Shown: one piece after another, positions 1 through 10,715 of the stretch
Numbering within the stretch: the stretch's first letter is position 1
Layout of the letters: each line of letters opens with the position of its first letter
Translations under genes and position numbers: made by a program
Origin: Tubiluchus corallicola
Taxonomy: Eukaryota > Animalia > Priapulida
Length of the DNA stretch: 20,266 bases
Direction: 5' to 3'
Assembly (NCBI GenBank): GCA_030141605.1
Contig: JAQGDQ010001096.1
Coordinates: forward strand, 43,005-63,270
Notes under the pieces: generated by a model
What the model saw: only the letters and a program-made list of their open reading frames with translations
Database searches by the model: none
Told to the model about the DNA's origin: nothing

Positions 1-637
1 GTGATGGTGGTGTTGGTGTTGGTGGTGGTGTTGGTGGTGGTAGTGGTGGTGGTGGCATTGGTAGTAGTAGTGGTGTTAATGTCGTTGTTGTTGGTGGTGG
101 TGGTGGCATTGGTAGTAGTAGTGGTGTTGTTGGTGGTGGTGGTGGTGGCACTGGTAGTGGTAGTGCTGATGATGCTGATGGTGCTGGTGCTGATGGTAGT
201 GCTAGTGTTGGTGCTGATGGTAGTGCCAGTGTTGGTGCTGGTATTGACGTACAACCGCACCATACCCGGTATCATCACAAGGAACCTGACGTGATTCGTA
301 TGTGGTGATGTTGTTGTTGTTGGTAGTGGTGGTGGCAGTGGTAGTGGTGTTGATGCTGGTGGTGCTGGTGCTGATGGTAGTGCCAGTGTTGGTGTTGGTA
401 TTGACGTAGAACCGCACCATACCCGGTATCATCAGAAGGAACCTGACGTGATTCATATGTGGTGACATTGTTGTTGTTGGTAGTGGTGGTAGTGGTAGTG
501 GTGATGATGCTGGTGGTGCTGGTGCTGGTGGTAGCGCTAGTATTGATGCTGATGGTAGTGCCAGTGTTGGTGCTGGTATTGACGTAAAACCGCACCATAC
601 CCGGTATCATCAGAAGGAACCTGACGTGATTCGTATT
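1..637. repeat. GGT/GTA/GCT-rich low-complexity tandem repeat with three copies of a conserved ~85-bp core
   Basis: The core GATGGTAGTGCCAGTGTTGGTGYTGGTATTGACGTANAACCGCACCATACCCGGTATCATCASAAGGAACCTGACGTGATTCRTAT occurs three times (TTGACGTA at 244, 401, 579), separated by variable trinucleotide tracts. Confidence 0.9.
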
Positions 638-684
638 CAGACAGCTTTTCCTCTACCCTAATCCTTAATGTTTTCGTTTTTTAG

Positions 685-795
685 AATGTCTTGACAACAA
701 TGACAAGTGCGGATATTGGGCCAGAATTGGCGATTGTGACGCAAGCAGAGAATTCATGATGAGAAATTGTAAAAAAACCTGCAAATTTTGTGAAC
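685..795 (+). CDS. Gene A ShKT-domain exon A1 (internal exon, phase 1-1)
   Basis: Acceptor ttttcgttttttag|, donor |gtaagt, 111 nt. Translates (x)CLDNNDKCGYWARIGDCDASREFMMRNCKKTCKFCE, with six Cys in ShKT spacing and the CxD...CxKxCxxC motif. Confidence 0.93.
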
Positions 796-1160
796 GTAAG
801 TAGACAGGCTTGATTCTTCCCTATTAACTATAATAGGTCAATATAATACTTGGTCAAACTTAAAGATCTGTTTTCATTTGTATGATTCAGGAGAATTCCT
901 AGTAGCTGTTAAGAGGCAAATCTCATGATAGTTTCTATTACACCATGGATATTTACAAGAATTCCCGGAAAGGCTTTATACTTTCTTCCCACAATAATTC
1001 CTCCCCCTTAAAAGAAAAAGTAACCCTCGAACAACATTTATTGCATTTTAATATACAATTAAAATATTGAAATCACAACACAGTATATGCGCATAGAATG
1101 CTTTGCTTAAAAATGTAGAAGAAATTTAAATATTTTTTTATCTCCCGCCAAACGAACGTC

Positions 1161-1626
1161 GTACGTGATGCGCAATGCGTGATGCGTATTCAGACGGTAG
1201 CCATCACCTTCGAGTGAATACTTCTCACGTATCACGCATTACGTACACATGGAAATACTTCCACGTGTCTAAATATAAACTGTCATATACGCATTACGGA
1301 TAACGTATTACGTACACATGGAAATACTTCCACGTGTCTAAATATAAACTGTCGTATACGCATTACGCATTACGCATTACGGATTACGCATTACGCACAC
1401 ATGGAAATACTTCCACGTGTCTAAATATAAACTGTCATATACGCATTACGGATAACGTATTACGTACACATGGAAACACTTCTACACGTTTAAATGCAAA
1501 CTATTGTATACGCATTACGGATTACGCATTACGCATTACGTGCGCATGGAAACACTTCTACACGTATAAATATAAACTGTCGTATACGCATTACGGATTA
1601 CGCATTACGCATTACCCGCACATGGA
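1161..1626. repeat. Imperfect inverted repeat followed by a minisatellite with variable ACGCATT heptamer content
   Basis: 1161-1192 pairs with 1215-1246 (25/32 by hand). CATGGA unit markers at 1248, 1317, 1400, 1469, 1545 and 1621 give spacings 69, 83, 69, 76, 76. Confidence 0.85.
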
Positions 1627-1790
1627 GTCGTAGCTTAGGACAAACACAACGTCACTTTTTGACCTGTGGCTGTTATTAGAGAATTCGGGAATACTTTAGC
1701 AGTACTTTAGCATATTAGAGAATACTTATAACACTAATAGTTTTACAAATAAACTCATTTCGTTTGGATAATATTTCGGTCTTATACCAG

Positions 1791-1820
1791 TGAATGCAGA
1801 TGCTGTACATGTAATCGATG
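1791..1820 (+). CDS. Possible 30-nt linker micro-exon of gene A (phase 1-1)
   Basis: Acceptor atatttcggtcttataccag|, weak donor G|gtagtg. Keeps frame: (L)NADAVHVID, and gives V-CTDD at the next junction, as at exon A3. Confidence 0.35.
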
Positions 1821-2035
1821 GTAGTGTCAGATGTTTGTTTTGGCAAGCTACTGGCAATGATGTGTGTAAAATAATTGAGCTTGCTAGAGAGACTGGCACT
1901 TTCCTTAAAAAGTAGGCATGGTATTTGTTCAAATTGTTGTTGGCAGTTTTATTCAAAGTTTTTAAGCTTTTGGGGGGGGTGTTTTTTCATAAAATAATAA
2001 ATAAATGACAAAATTCTACTTGAGTGAAGTTTATG

Positions 2036-2261
2036 TATAGGTTTTACACGTCAAATGTAGACACAGGAAAGTTCAAATGTGACTTAGGTAAGTCAAATGT
2101 AGACATAGGAATTTCGAATGTGTTTTGGTAACTCAAATGTGACTTAGCTAAGTATTGTTAACACATTTGAACTACCTAAGTCTACATTTGAGTTACCAAG
2201 ACACATTTGAGTTACCTGAATCTACATTTGACTTAACGTCATTTGACATGTAAAACCTATA
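2036..2261. mobile_element. Foldback-like MITE, copy 1 (includes probable TA target duplication)
   Basis: Termini TATAGGTTTTACACGTCAAATG ... CATTTGACATGTAAAACCTATA. Arms are built of ~20-bp TCAAATGT(A)GAC subrepeats in opposite orientation. A second copy lies at 11373-11744. Confidence 0.85.
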
Positions 2262-2574
2262 GTAAGGCATAAAGCATGTGTACTCAATATTTTTACAAAA
2301 AAGAAACGGCAACGGCTTTTGACTACATCGGCCTCGTTAGGTAGAACGTGCTAGTTCCAAACACAAGTTCTAGTGTTCCCGTTCTAGTTCGCTTATCATT
2401 TACGAGAACTTTCGACCCGTAAAAGCATCATGAGTGAAAGTAGATACTCCACTAGCTAACAAGGATGAAAAGGTCACAGACAGACAATGTAGTTCAACAA
2501 TTAATGCAGTGATTCATCTGTTCACAGCATTGATGTAGCAAAGCGTCCTGTAAACGTATAGGTAGTACAATAGA

Positions 2575-3064
2575 CAGGCTGCATACGATTATAGATATCC
2601 ATAAAATATGACCAAAAATCCATAAAATAAAATTTGAAAAATCCATAAAATAAGAAATGCATCAAATAAAAAAATATTTTTTTTGTGAATTTTTTGTACA
2701 AAATAAGGCAATCAAAGCTGAATACAGGCATTGGATCGGAAACTTCAGCCTAGAGGGCATTCTACATTCGTACCAAATAGATGAATTATTTGAACTGAAG
2801 TAATGAATTACAAGGCATTGTCTCGTAAAATTTGATTAAATTTGAAGTGATATGAAACCGATAAAATTAGAACTAAGTCCTGCGTGTTTAAAAACACGTT
2901 TCAAGCACTCCTGTTTTTACTTTTTAATTGATTTCCCCCTGGGCATCTCGTTCCAGATATAGTCTATTTTTTATGTTATTGATATCCATAAAATAAAATT
3001 TCAAAAATCCATAAAATAAGCTATTTTATTTATTTTATACATATCCATAACCTTATGCACCCTG
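2575..3064. mobile_element. hAT-type MITE
   Basis: Imperfect 24-bp TIRs CAGGCTGCATACGATTATAGATAT / ATATCCATAACCTTATGCACCCTG. Perfect 8-bp TSD ACAATAGA (2567-2574, 3065-3072). Subterminal ATCCATAAAATA repeats. Confidence 0.9.
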
Positions 3065-3103
3065 ACAATAGATGTTATGTCTCACACAACCTCATGTTAT
3101 GAC

Positions 3104-3600
3104 CAGTGGCAGCTCGTGCATAGGTACGGTGTTACTGCACAGTGCGCCCCCTGTTTTCTGCTTCGATATCATTGATAATATTCAATATAAAAAGTCTTTT
3201 ATCTTTAGTTCTTTCTTTATACTTATGCGGAACCGGAGCACGTGAGGGTAGTACAATTTGCTTCGCAGCTCTAGCAACGCGGTGTTTGGCTGTTGTGCGC
3301 ATGCGGCCATGCGCACCTGTCTGAAATAACACGCTTGCGTCTGGTGCTAGATAGAAAAGTACTGTCCCTAACACAGTACGTGCTGTCCCTAACAATTGCC
3401 ACGTGCTTACCGTGTATCGTCATATTCTTGGAAGTGATAAAGTGTAAACTTAGCGTATGTGCTTAAAACATAAATGATCTGATAATGGTCGCCTTGCAGC
3501 CTCAAGACTAAAGTTCTGTGTCTGTAAGTGAACTACAACAGCTTAATTTTTCACAGTTGTCTCTCCGTGAGAAAGTTGCAGTTAAGAAAAGAGAAAGTTC
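3104..3600 (+). mobile_element. Possible truncated hAT-like element (left end only)
   Basis: Starts CAGTGGCAGCTCGTG, a hAT-like terminus. A short peptide FSQLSLREKVAVKKR near 3550-3595 loosely recalls hAT transposase N-termini. No right TIR or TSD found. Confidence 0.25.
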
Positions 3601-3646
3601 AACCGTTTTTTTTTGATAAAAATTCAAATTTCAACAAAAACAACGG

Positions 3647-3837
3647 CGACAACGTGAACTGTGTATTCATTGTAAATTTTTCCTGCATTTTCAGTTTGTA
3701 CTGACGACAACGTGAACTGTGTATTCAATGTAAATTTTTCCTGCATTTTCAGTTTGTACTGACGACAACGAGAACTGCGTATTCATTGTAAATTTTTCCT
3801 GCATTTTCAGTTTGTACTGACGACAACGAGAACTGCG
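3647..3837 (+). repeat. 58-bp tandem triplication of the exon A2 splice acceptor plus the first ~26 exonic nt
   Basis: The unit GTATTCAWTGTAAATTTTTCCTGCATTTTCAG|TTTGTACTGACGACAACGWGAACTGY places AG ends at 3694, 3752 and 3810. Confidence 0.95.
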
Positions 3838-3939
3838 GACACTGGGCTAATATTGGCGAATGTGCAAAGAATCCAGCTTACATGTTAGAGACGTGTAAAA
3901 AGTCTTGCCAAGTTTGCAGTGACGGGAAAGAAAAAGTTG
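3811..3939 (+). CDS. Gene A ShKT-domain exon A2 (phase 1-1)
   Basis: Acceptor tttttcctgcattttcag|, donor G|gtatga, 129 nt. Translates (x)CTDDNENCGHWANIGECAKNPAYMLETCKKSCQVCSDGKEKV. Confidence 0.93.
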
Positions 3940-4300
3940 GTATGAGATGTTTTGATTAAGTTCTCCGAGATATAACATCCTCGTGTGCTTTTTAAGTATT
4001 AAGACAAAGTCGTTTCTGCACATCTGATTTTTTATACCTGATAATTTTATTTAATTTTTATTTTTATTGGGACTAATTTTGGAAAGAACTTTATCCTGTT
4101 TAATTTAATTTAAATTAATTTAATTTAATTTAATTTATTTAGTAGTTTTATCTAATTTGCTTTCACCCCGTATCTAATTTTGTAACTTATTTTGTGATTT
4201 ATCTGTTTTAGCACTTTAATCTGTTTTTAATTTTTTTAATCTGTTCTTAATTTTGTTTAATTGTAAGGTTTTCTGTTCTGTTTTACATTTTAATTAAATA

Positions 4301-4698
4301 TGTGGAAGTCGTAATTGTACATTTTTAATTAGGTGCTGCCATCTATGAACTAAACCTGTTACTCTACCAGCTACTTATCCCCAGTATAATTGTACGGTCC
4401 AGTGAATGCATATTCACTGGATCTCTCCCTATTTTAGAGTAATGGTTTTGTGAAGCCTGTGCAACTCTGCATAGGTTACCTATACCTATATATACTGACT
4501 GGTTTTACTTTCTAGTCACTGTCTAACTCTCAGTGTTCAGTGCAGGACACTCTCATTCTCAGTGTTCAGTGCAGCAGTCATTCTACTCATGTGTCTGTAT
4601 TTAATAAACACTTTTCAGTTTTGTGCAAATATGTAGTATAGTTTTTTATTCTTGTTCTACAAAGTGAGTGATCTACAACTTTAAACATGACTTTCACA
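4301..4698 (+). mobile_element. Solo-LTR-like element, copy 1
   Basis: Termini TGTGGAAGTC ... GACTTTCACA (10-bp imperfect inverted repeat), 5-bp TSD AAATA. Internal TATATATA (4487-4494), AATAAA (4603-4608) and hairpin TCCAGTGAAT-gcat-ATTCACTGGA (4398-4421). Confidence 0.85.
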
Positions 4699-4892
4699 AA
4701 ATAAATTGACTATTGTGGAAGCATTGTACGTACAGTTTAATAAATAATTAAATAATAATTTAAAAAATATAATTCTATTCGATTCTACTGCAAATGCATT
4801 GCCTACGAGAGCTCAGATTTATAAGTTTACGTGCGTAACGTGTATCGTTACAATCGCAGTATCGTTAGCCATTCTGTGCACTGTATGGAAAT

Positions 4893-5249
4893 TGTGAAAG
4901 TCATGTTTAAAGTTGTAGATCACTTTGTAGAACAAGAATAAAAAACTATACTACACATTTGCACAGAAAAATGTTTATTAACTACGGACACATATGTAGA
5001 ATGACTGCTGCACTGAACACTGAGAGTTAGAGACTGACTAGAAAGTAAATCCAGTCAGTATATATAGGTATAGGTGACTACGCAGACTTGGCTTCACAAA
5101 AAACCATTACTGTAAAACAGGGAGAGATCCAGTGAGTATGCATATTCACTGGACCGTACAATTATACTGGAAGTAACTAGCTGGTAGAGTAACAGGATTA
5201 ATTCATAGATGGCAGCACCTAATTAAAATGTACAATAACAACTTCCACA
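4893..5249 (-). mobile_element. Solo-LTR-like element, copy 2 (inverted relative to copy 1)
   Basis: Reverse complement of 4301-4698, with 5-bp TSD GAAAT (4888-4892, 5250-5254). The paralogous gene B intron near 17791-17830 shows the empty site with a single GAAAT. Confidence 0.88.
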
Positions 5250-5319
5250 GAAATTGTATGAAAGCAGATCACGTGTGTACGTTCAAACGAATACTTATTG
5301 TAAGAACATATCGCTTCAG

Positions 5320-5448
5320 TTTGCACTGATGATGACGATGATTGCGAACGCTGGGCAAGCAATGGTCAGTGCACAAAGGATCCACCTTTCATGTTGGAAA
5401 AATGTCAAAAGGCGTGTAAAGTTTGCGGGGATGGCATTGACGAAACAG
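5320..5448 (+). CDS. Gene A ShKT-domain exon A3 (phase 1-1)
   Basis: Acceptor tcgcttcag|, donor ACAG|gtttgg, 129 nt. Translates (V)CTDDDDDCERWASNGQCTKDPPFMLEKCQKACKVCGDGIDET. Confidence 0.92.
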
Positions 5449-5801
5449 GTTTGGTGCTCTGCATCTCATAATGTTACTTAGCAACAGTAAACAATAATTA
5501 GTACAGAAGTTTGATCACGTGTTCTTATAAGTTAGTAATAATTGAAAGGCTGGATGACAGTTTTGTTGGTCAAATATCGTATCTGACTTTCAGGTATTTT
5601 ATAACATTATCAGAAAGACCAAAGTTTGAAGAGCATGGATTTCGTGACCTTGAAATCTGTCTCTAATGTCACTATTTAACGAGTCTGGCTTCATTATCGT
5701 CAAGTCAACATCAATGAACGATTTGAACTTGTGTCATCGTATAAGAATTACGTGATAATTTGTTGTAATTTCACTCATACTGTTCTCTACTAGAAATAAG
5801 A

Positions 5802-6418
5802 AGATTAGATCAGATTAGATGAGATGAGATGAGATGAGATGGGATTAGATGAGATAAGATCAGAAGAGATGAGATGAGATGAGGTGAGGTGAGGTGAGGC
5901 GAGGTGACGTGAAGTGAGGTGAGGTGAGATGAGATGGGTTGGGATGGGATGGGATGGGGAGGTGAGGTGAGGTGAGGTGAGGTGAGGTGAGGTGAGGTGA
6001 GGTGGGGTGCGGTGGGGTGGTGTGGGGTGGGATGTGGTGAGATGAGATGAGATGAGATGAGATTATGTCAGACTAGATTAGGTTAGATTTGTTAGATTAG
6101 ATTAGATTAGATTAGGTTAGGTTAGGTTAGGTTAGGTTAGGTTAGGTTAGGTTAGGTTAGGTTCGGTTCGGTTCGGTTCGGTTCGGTTCGGTTCGGTTCG
6201 GTTCGGTTCGGTTCGGTTCGGTTCGATTCGATTCGATTCGATTCGATTCGATTCGATTCGATTCGATTCGATTCGATTCGATTAGGACTGGACTGGACTG
6301 GACTGGACTGGACTGGACTGGACTGGACTGGACTGGACTGGACTGGACTGGACTGGACTGGACTGGACTGGACTGGACTGGACCGGACTGGATTAGATTG
6401 GATTATATTGGATTAGAA
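5802..6418. repeat. Compound pentanucleotide microsatellite
   Basis: Successive blocks of AGATT, GAGAT, GAGGT, GGGAT, GAGGT, GGGGT, GAGAT, AGATT, AGGTT, CGGTT, CGATT, GGACT and GGATT. Confidence 0.97.
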
Positions 6419-6628
6419 GAAGTTAGAATAAGTTTAACGTGTTTGTCCATCTTGATTGTTGTATTAAAAGATCGTTATAAGTCAGAGCATTTACATGTTT
6501 ATGGAACATGCTTCATTACTGCTCCATTATCTATAACCCTTTATCGTTGCTTTAAGTAAAATAATAATTTTACAATAGACATCAATAGCTTCTAATTCAT
6601 ATATTTATTTTATTTTTTATTTGAATAG

Positions 6629-6742
6629 AGTGCAAGGATCACGAAGATAACTGCGAATTCTGGTATCATCAAGACGAATGTGAGAAAAATCCAAAATACA
6701 TGTTGTTCCACTGTAGAAAATCTTGCAGAATTTGTGTTAGCA
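6629..6742 (+). CDS. Gene A ShKT-domain exon A4 (phase 1-1)
   Basis: Acceptor tattttttatttgaatag|, donor A|gtaagt, 114 nt. Translates (E)CKDHEDNCEFWYHQDECEKNPKYMLFHCRKSCRICVS. Confidence 0.93.
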
Positions 6743-6899
6743 GTAAGTATGGATGACAAGCTTATGGGTAATGTTCATTTGTAATGTGTAATGTGCTCAT
6801 GGTTAAATATAAACCATAGATAAGAACACGTCACAGTTGGTTTTTTGGTTTTACTGGAAACATGATTGCAATTGTTGATATTGTTTTCGTTATTTGCAG

Positions 6900-7022
6900 A
6901 AGAACCAGATTTATGTACGGATAACAACGAAAACTGCAATTACTGGGCCGGCATAGGTGAATGTGAGAAAAACCCTGGTTACATGCTGTATCAGTGTAAA
7001 AAATCTTGCAAGATTTGTACAG
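6900..7022 (+). CDS. Gene A ShKT-domain exon A5 (phase 1-1)
   Basis: Acceptor ttgttttcgttatttgcag|, donor ACAG|gtatga, 123 nt. Translates (K)EPDLCTDNNENCNYWAGIGECEKNPGYMLYQCKKSCKICT. Confidence 0.94.
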
Positions 7023-7098
7023 GTATGATCACTAAGCCCGTGCGAATGGAGAGAATGTGCATTAGCAATGCTTGTGCAAAGTTTCTCATGCTCACAGT

Positions 7099-7751
<653 letters not shown>

Positions 7752-8031
7752 TCACAGCTCATGTGGTTTATGCCATTATTGGTTTAAAAATTTGGCTACA
7801 TTGAGTATTTACCTTGTTTGTTAATTGCCTGAAAGATTCTTCGTGTGGTCGAATGCTTAATTGGTTATTTTTGTTCACTGTTTGATATACACTACTTACA
7901 AAAACATTTACAGTAAGAAGTGACTATAACTACACAAGCTGACAAGTTTTACTACAAGATTACATTAGACATTAGTAGAAAATGTTAATGTAGGAATATT
8001 TAAGACTGATGCATTTCATATCAGATAGAAA

Positions 8032-8410
8032 CTACTGGAAGCGTTTAGTACGAAATATAAAGTCATGTATGAATTGAAATATTTTACAGTTAGCAACATA
8101 ATTAAATTCAACTTTTCCGAATAATAACAATTTCAACTGATCATTAGTTCCTAAGGCAGTTATTTTAAGGTTTTCAGGCAGAAGTATTTCACTTAGTTTA
8201 TCAAACATAACTACCCTAGCTAGTTGATACAATGGGCAGAGCAACAAAAAGTGTTCAACAGACTCATATCGAAATCCACAGTTGCAATTCGGCAATATTG
8301 GATGACCGTTATTATCTTTACAACCTTTAGAGAAAAGGTCAAAGTTTAGCTGAGAAAATCCGATTCTCATGCGCATATGATGCACTGAAATTAGAGGTTT
8401 ACCAAATGAA
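8032..8410 (-). mobile_element. 5'-truncated non-LTR retrotransposon (LINE) fragment, C-terminus of the RT ORF
   Basis: Peptide SFGKPLISVHHMRMRIGFSQLNFDLF...CNCGFRYESVEHFLLLCPLY...LLFG...IFQFIHDFIFRTKRFQ* has the C-x-C...E-x-x-x-H-x4-C knuckle and the LLFG/TKRF tail I recognise from CR1/L2-group LINEs of marine invertebrates. Clade assignment is from recall. Confidence 0.85.
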
Positions 8411-8539
8411 GTTCCGGTTTAGATCAAATGTAAGATGGATACCTAAGTGTTTGTGAACATTTACTGTTTTCAGTGGAGTACTAGATAAATACAGAGTAGG
8501 ATATCGAGGAGCATTGGATTTACGGGAGAAAAGATTTGA

Positions 8540-8745
8540 TTGTTTGATTAGCTTGCTGGTATGTTGTTGGAAGCTTGGTTGGCTAGTTGATTAGTTGGTT
8601 GCTTAGTGGTTTGTTTGTTGGTTAGTCGGTTATTTTTGTTGATTAGTTGGCTAATCTGTTGTTGGAATGTTGACTGGCTGGTTTTTGTTGGCTAATGGTT
8701 GATTGATATGCTGTTTTGTTGCTAATGTGGCTGCTTGACTGATTA
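8540..8745. repeat. Degenerate (GGTT/GATT/GGCT)n tetranucleotide tract
   Basis: GT-rich 4-bp periodicity, e.g. gttgattagttggttgcttagtggtttgtttgttggttagtcggtt. Confidence 0.6.
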
Positions 8746-8976
8746 GATACCAGTTTACTTTCTTGAATGAGGAGTTGGCTGACAGACCGACCGAAATGAG
8801 TGGATCCGATGGTATATTTTTGGCCGAGTCATACCAATAACTTAAAGACTTGATAAATGTTTCTTGTCAAAGCACTATGCGTGTAATATTAGTACTATTA
8901 CGTGGTGGTTTGTACACATCAATGGACGACCCATTCGAAATGACAGCTATTGGCTATCGAGAGCATAATATAAGTA

Positions 8977-9244
8977 CAGTCGTGGCCAGAAATTTCAGCC
9001 CACTTGTGATTATGACGTGAATTTTAAGCTTTTTTGGTTATTCAATACCACATATTTTCCCTCATGGTGGACCGATTCGTACACACGATGGCTCATTAGG
9101 AAGCTACCTTCAATTACATTCCTAGTGAGCCATCGTGAGTACGGATCGGTCCACCATGAGGGAAAATATATGGTATTGAATAACCAAAAAAGCTGAAAAT
9201 TCACGTCCTAATCACCAGTGGGCTTAGACTTTTGACCACGACTG
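8977..9244. mobile_element. Tc1/mariner-type palindromic MITE
   Basis: TA|CAGTCGTGGCCA ... TGACCACGACTG|TA. The two ~125-bp halves are near-perfect reverse complements around a short spacer at ~9102-9118. Confidence 0.93.
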
Positions 9245-9434
9245 TAAAGTCAAATATTGGCATTGTTGTTTTTAAGTTGACAGTTCGACTGTCTATAATA
9301 TTTGATGACTATAGATTATCGTAACCATCGTCGTTGTCATTGTTGTCAGTATTTTTGACAACCGACTGACTGGCTGACTGACTTGTGATTGATCAGACTG
9401 AATGACCTGGATTAAATTATTGTCGTTTGTTTAG

Positions 9435-9460
9435 ATGCAGAAGAAACAACACATAACTAG
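9435..9460 (+). CDS. Candidate terminal coding exon of gene A: (D)AEETTHN-stop
   Basis: Acceptor ttgtcgtttgtttag| with phase-1 entry gives an acidic/Thr linker-like peptide ending in TAG (9458-9460). ATTAAA occurs at 9624-9629. No further ShKT exon was seen before gene B. Confidence 0.4.
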
Positions 9461-10145
9461 CCTACGGATGACAATGTATGCTGTCAATAAGTGGTCAGAG
9501 ATGCATAATGGTGGGTAAGATGAACTGAATGCAGATGCTCATAGTATTGAAGACCACTTGATGGTCACTTTCTTTCCGACTCCCATCTAAAGACCGACTT
9601 TACAATAGAAAATTGAAAGTTTAATTAAAAATTCAATTTAATTTTTTTTGAGAGAGAATGTTAATTTAACTTAACTAGAGCAGAAAAATTCAGGATTGTA
9701 ATTTTAAACAAATTCTATCTACCCAGAAGCGAAATTTCACTCTTTTTTTATAAATAATTGTTTGGCAATACGTAAAAATTTAGATTTATATATTGTATTA
9801 ATAATTTACCAGTTGAATTTATCTTATAATTATTAGATTTTTATATCTTTAATTCTAAATATAACTAATCACTGTTAACAGAATTATGCAAGATGATACA
9901 GCAATCAATGTTATTCAAATATTTAGTTGCTTTTTTTAACTTGTCCTAACATAACAAGAGTTAATGTTTTTGATACTGCGCTAGTCAAATTAAACTTAGA
10001 GAATATTCAAGTTAATTAAGTAATATTATTGTGTTGTGAAAATCGTTGTAAAAACAAAAAGTTCAAGTCTTTAAAATTATTAATGAGCGGGACCAAAGTT
10101 TAACGTTTAAATTCTTCTCGCTCGTTAACTTTTTTATTGTTTTTA

Positions 10146-10695
10146 GTATCGTGCTGTATATCATCGTGTTCATGCCCATTACGTCAATTGTAGACATCAT
10201 GCTGTATCGTGCTGTATATCATCATGATTATGCCCATTACGTCACCCGTAGACATCGTGTTGTATCGTGCTGTATATCATCATGATTATGCCCATTACGT
10301 CACCCGTAGACATCATGCTGTATCGTGCTGTATATCATCGTGATTATGCCCATTTGTATCGTGCTGTATATCATCATGATTATGCCCAATACGTCAACTG
10401 TAGACATCGTGCTGTATCGTGCTGTATATCATCATGATTATGCCCATTACGTCACCTGTAGACATCGTGCTGTATCGTGCTGTATATCATCATGATCATG
10501 CCCAACACGTCAACTGTAGACATCATGCTGTATCGTGCTGTATATCATCATGATTATGCCCAACACGTCAACTGTAGACATCATGCTGTATCGTGCTGTA
10601 TATCATCATGATTATGCCCGTTACGTCAACTATAGACATCATGCTGTATCGTGCTGTATATCATCATGATTATGTCCAATACGTCAACTATAGAC
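10146..10695. repeat. 58-bp minisatellite, about 10 units
   Basis: Unit GTATCGTGCTGTATATCATCATGATTATGCCCATTACGTCAMCYGTAGACATCRTGCT starts at 10146, 10204, 10262, 10320, 10356 (previous unit cut to 36 bp), 10414, 10472, 10530, 10588 and 10646. Confidence 0.96.
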
Positions 10696-10715
10696 CCTGG
10701 GCAAAAAAAATAGAA

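Noticed and set aside
1-610. Poly-Val (+) and Thr-rich mucin-like (-) ORFs
   Set aside because: They derive from trinucleotide tracts. Unit spacings of 157 and 178 nt shift frame each time, and I found no supporting splice sites.
6113-6165. (TTAGG)n resembling the arthropod telomere repeat
   Set aside because: It is one block in a stepwise pentamer series (AGATT>AGGTT>CGGTT), so slippage explains it.
9010-9204. 64-aa ORF and possible miRNA-like hairpin
   Set aside because: Lies within a TA-flanked palindromic Tc1/mariner MITE, which explains the hairpin.
10146-10695. CRISPR-like appearance of the regular 58-bp array, and an acceptor-like ttttag before it
   Set aside because: Units are near-identical over their whole length with no unique spacers, the context is eukaryotic with no cas genes, and a 58-nt period cannot hold a reading frame.
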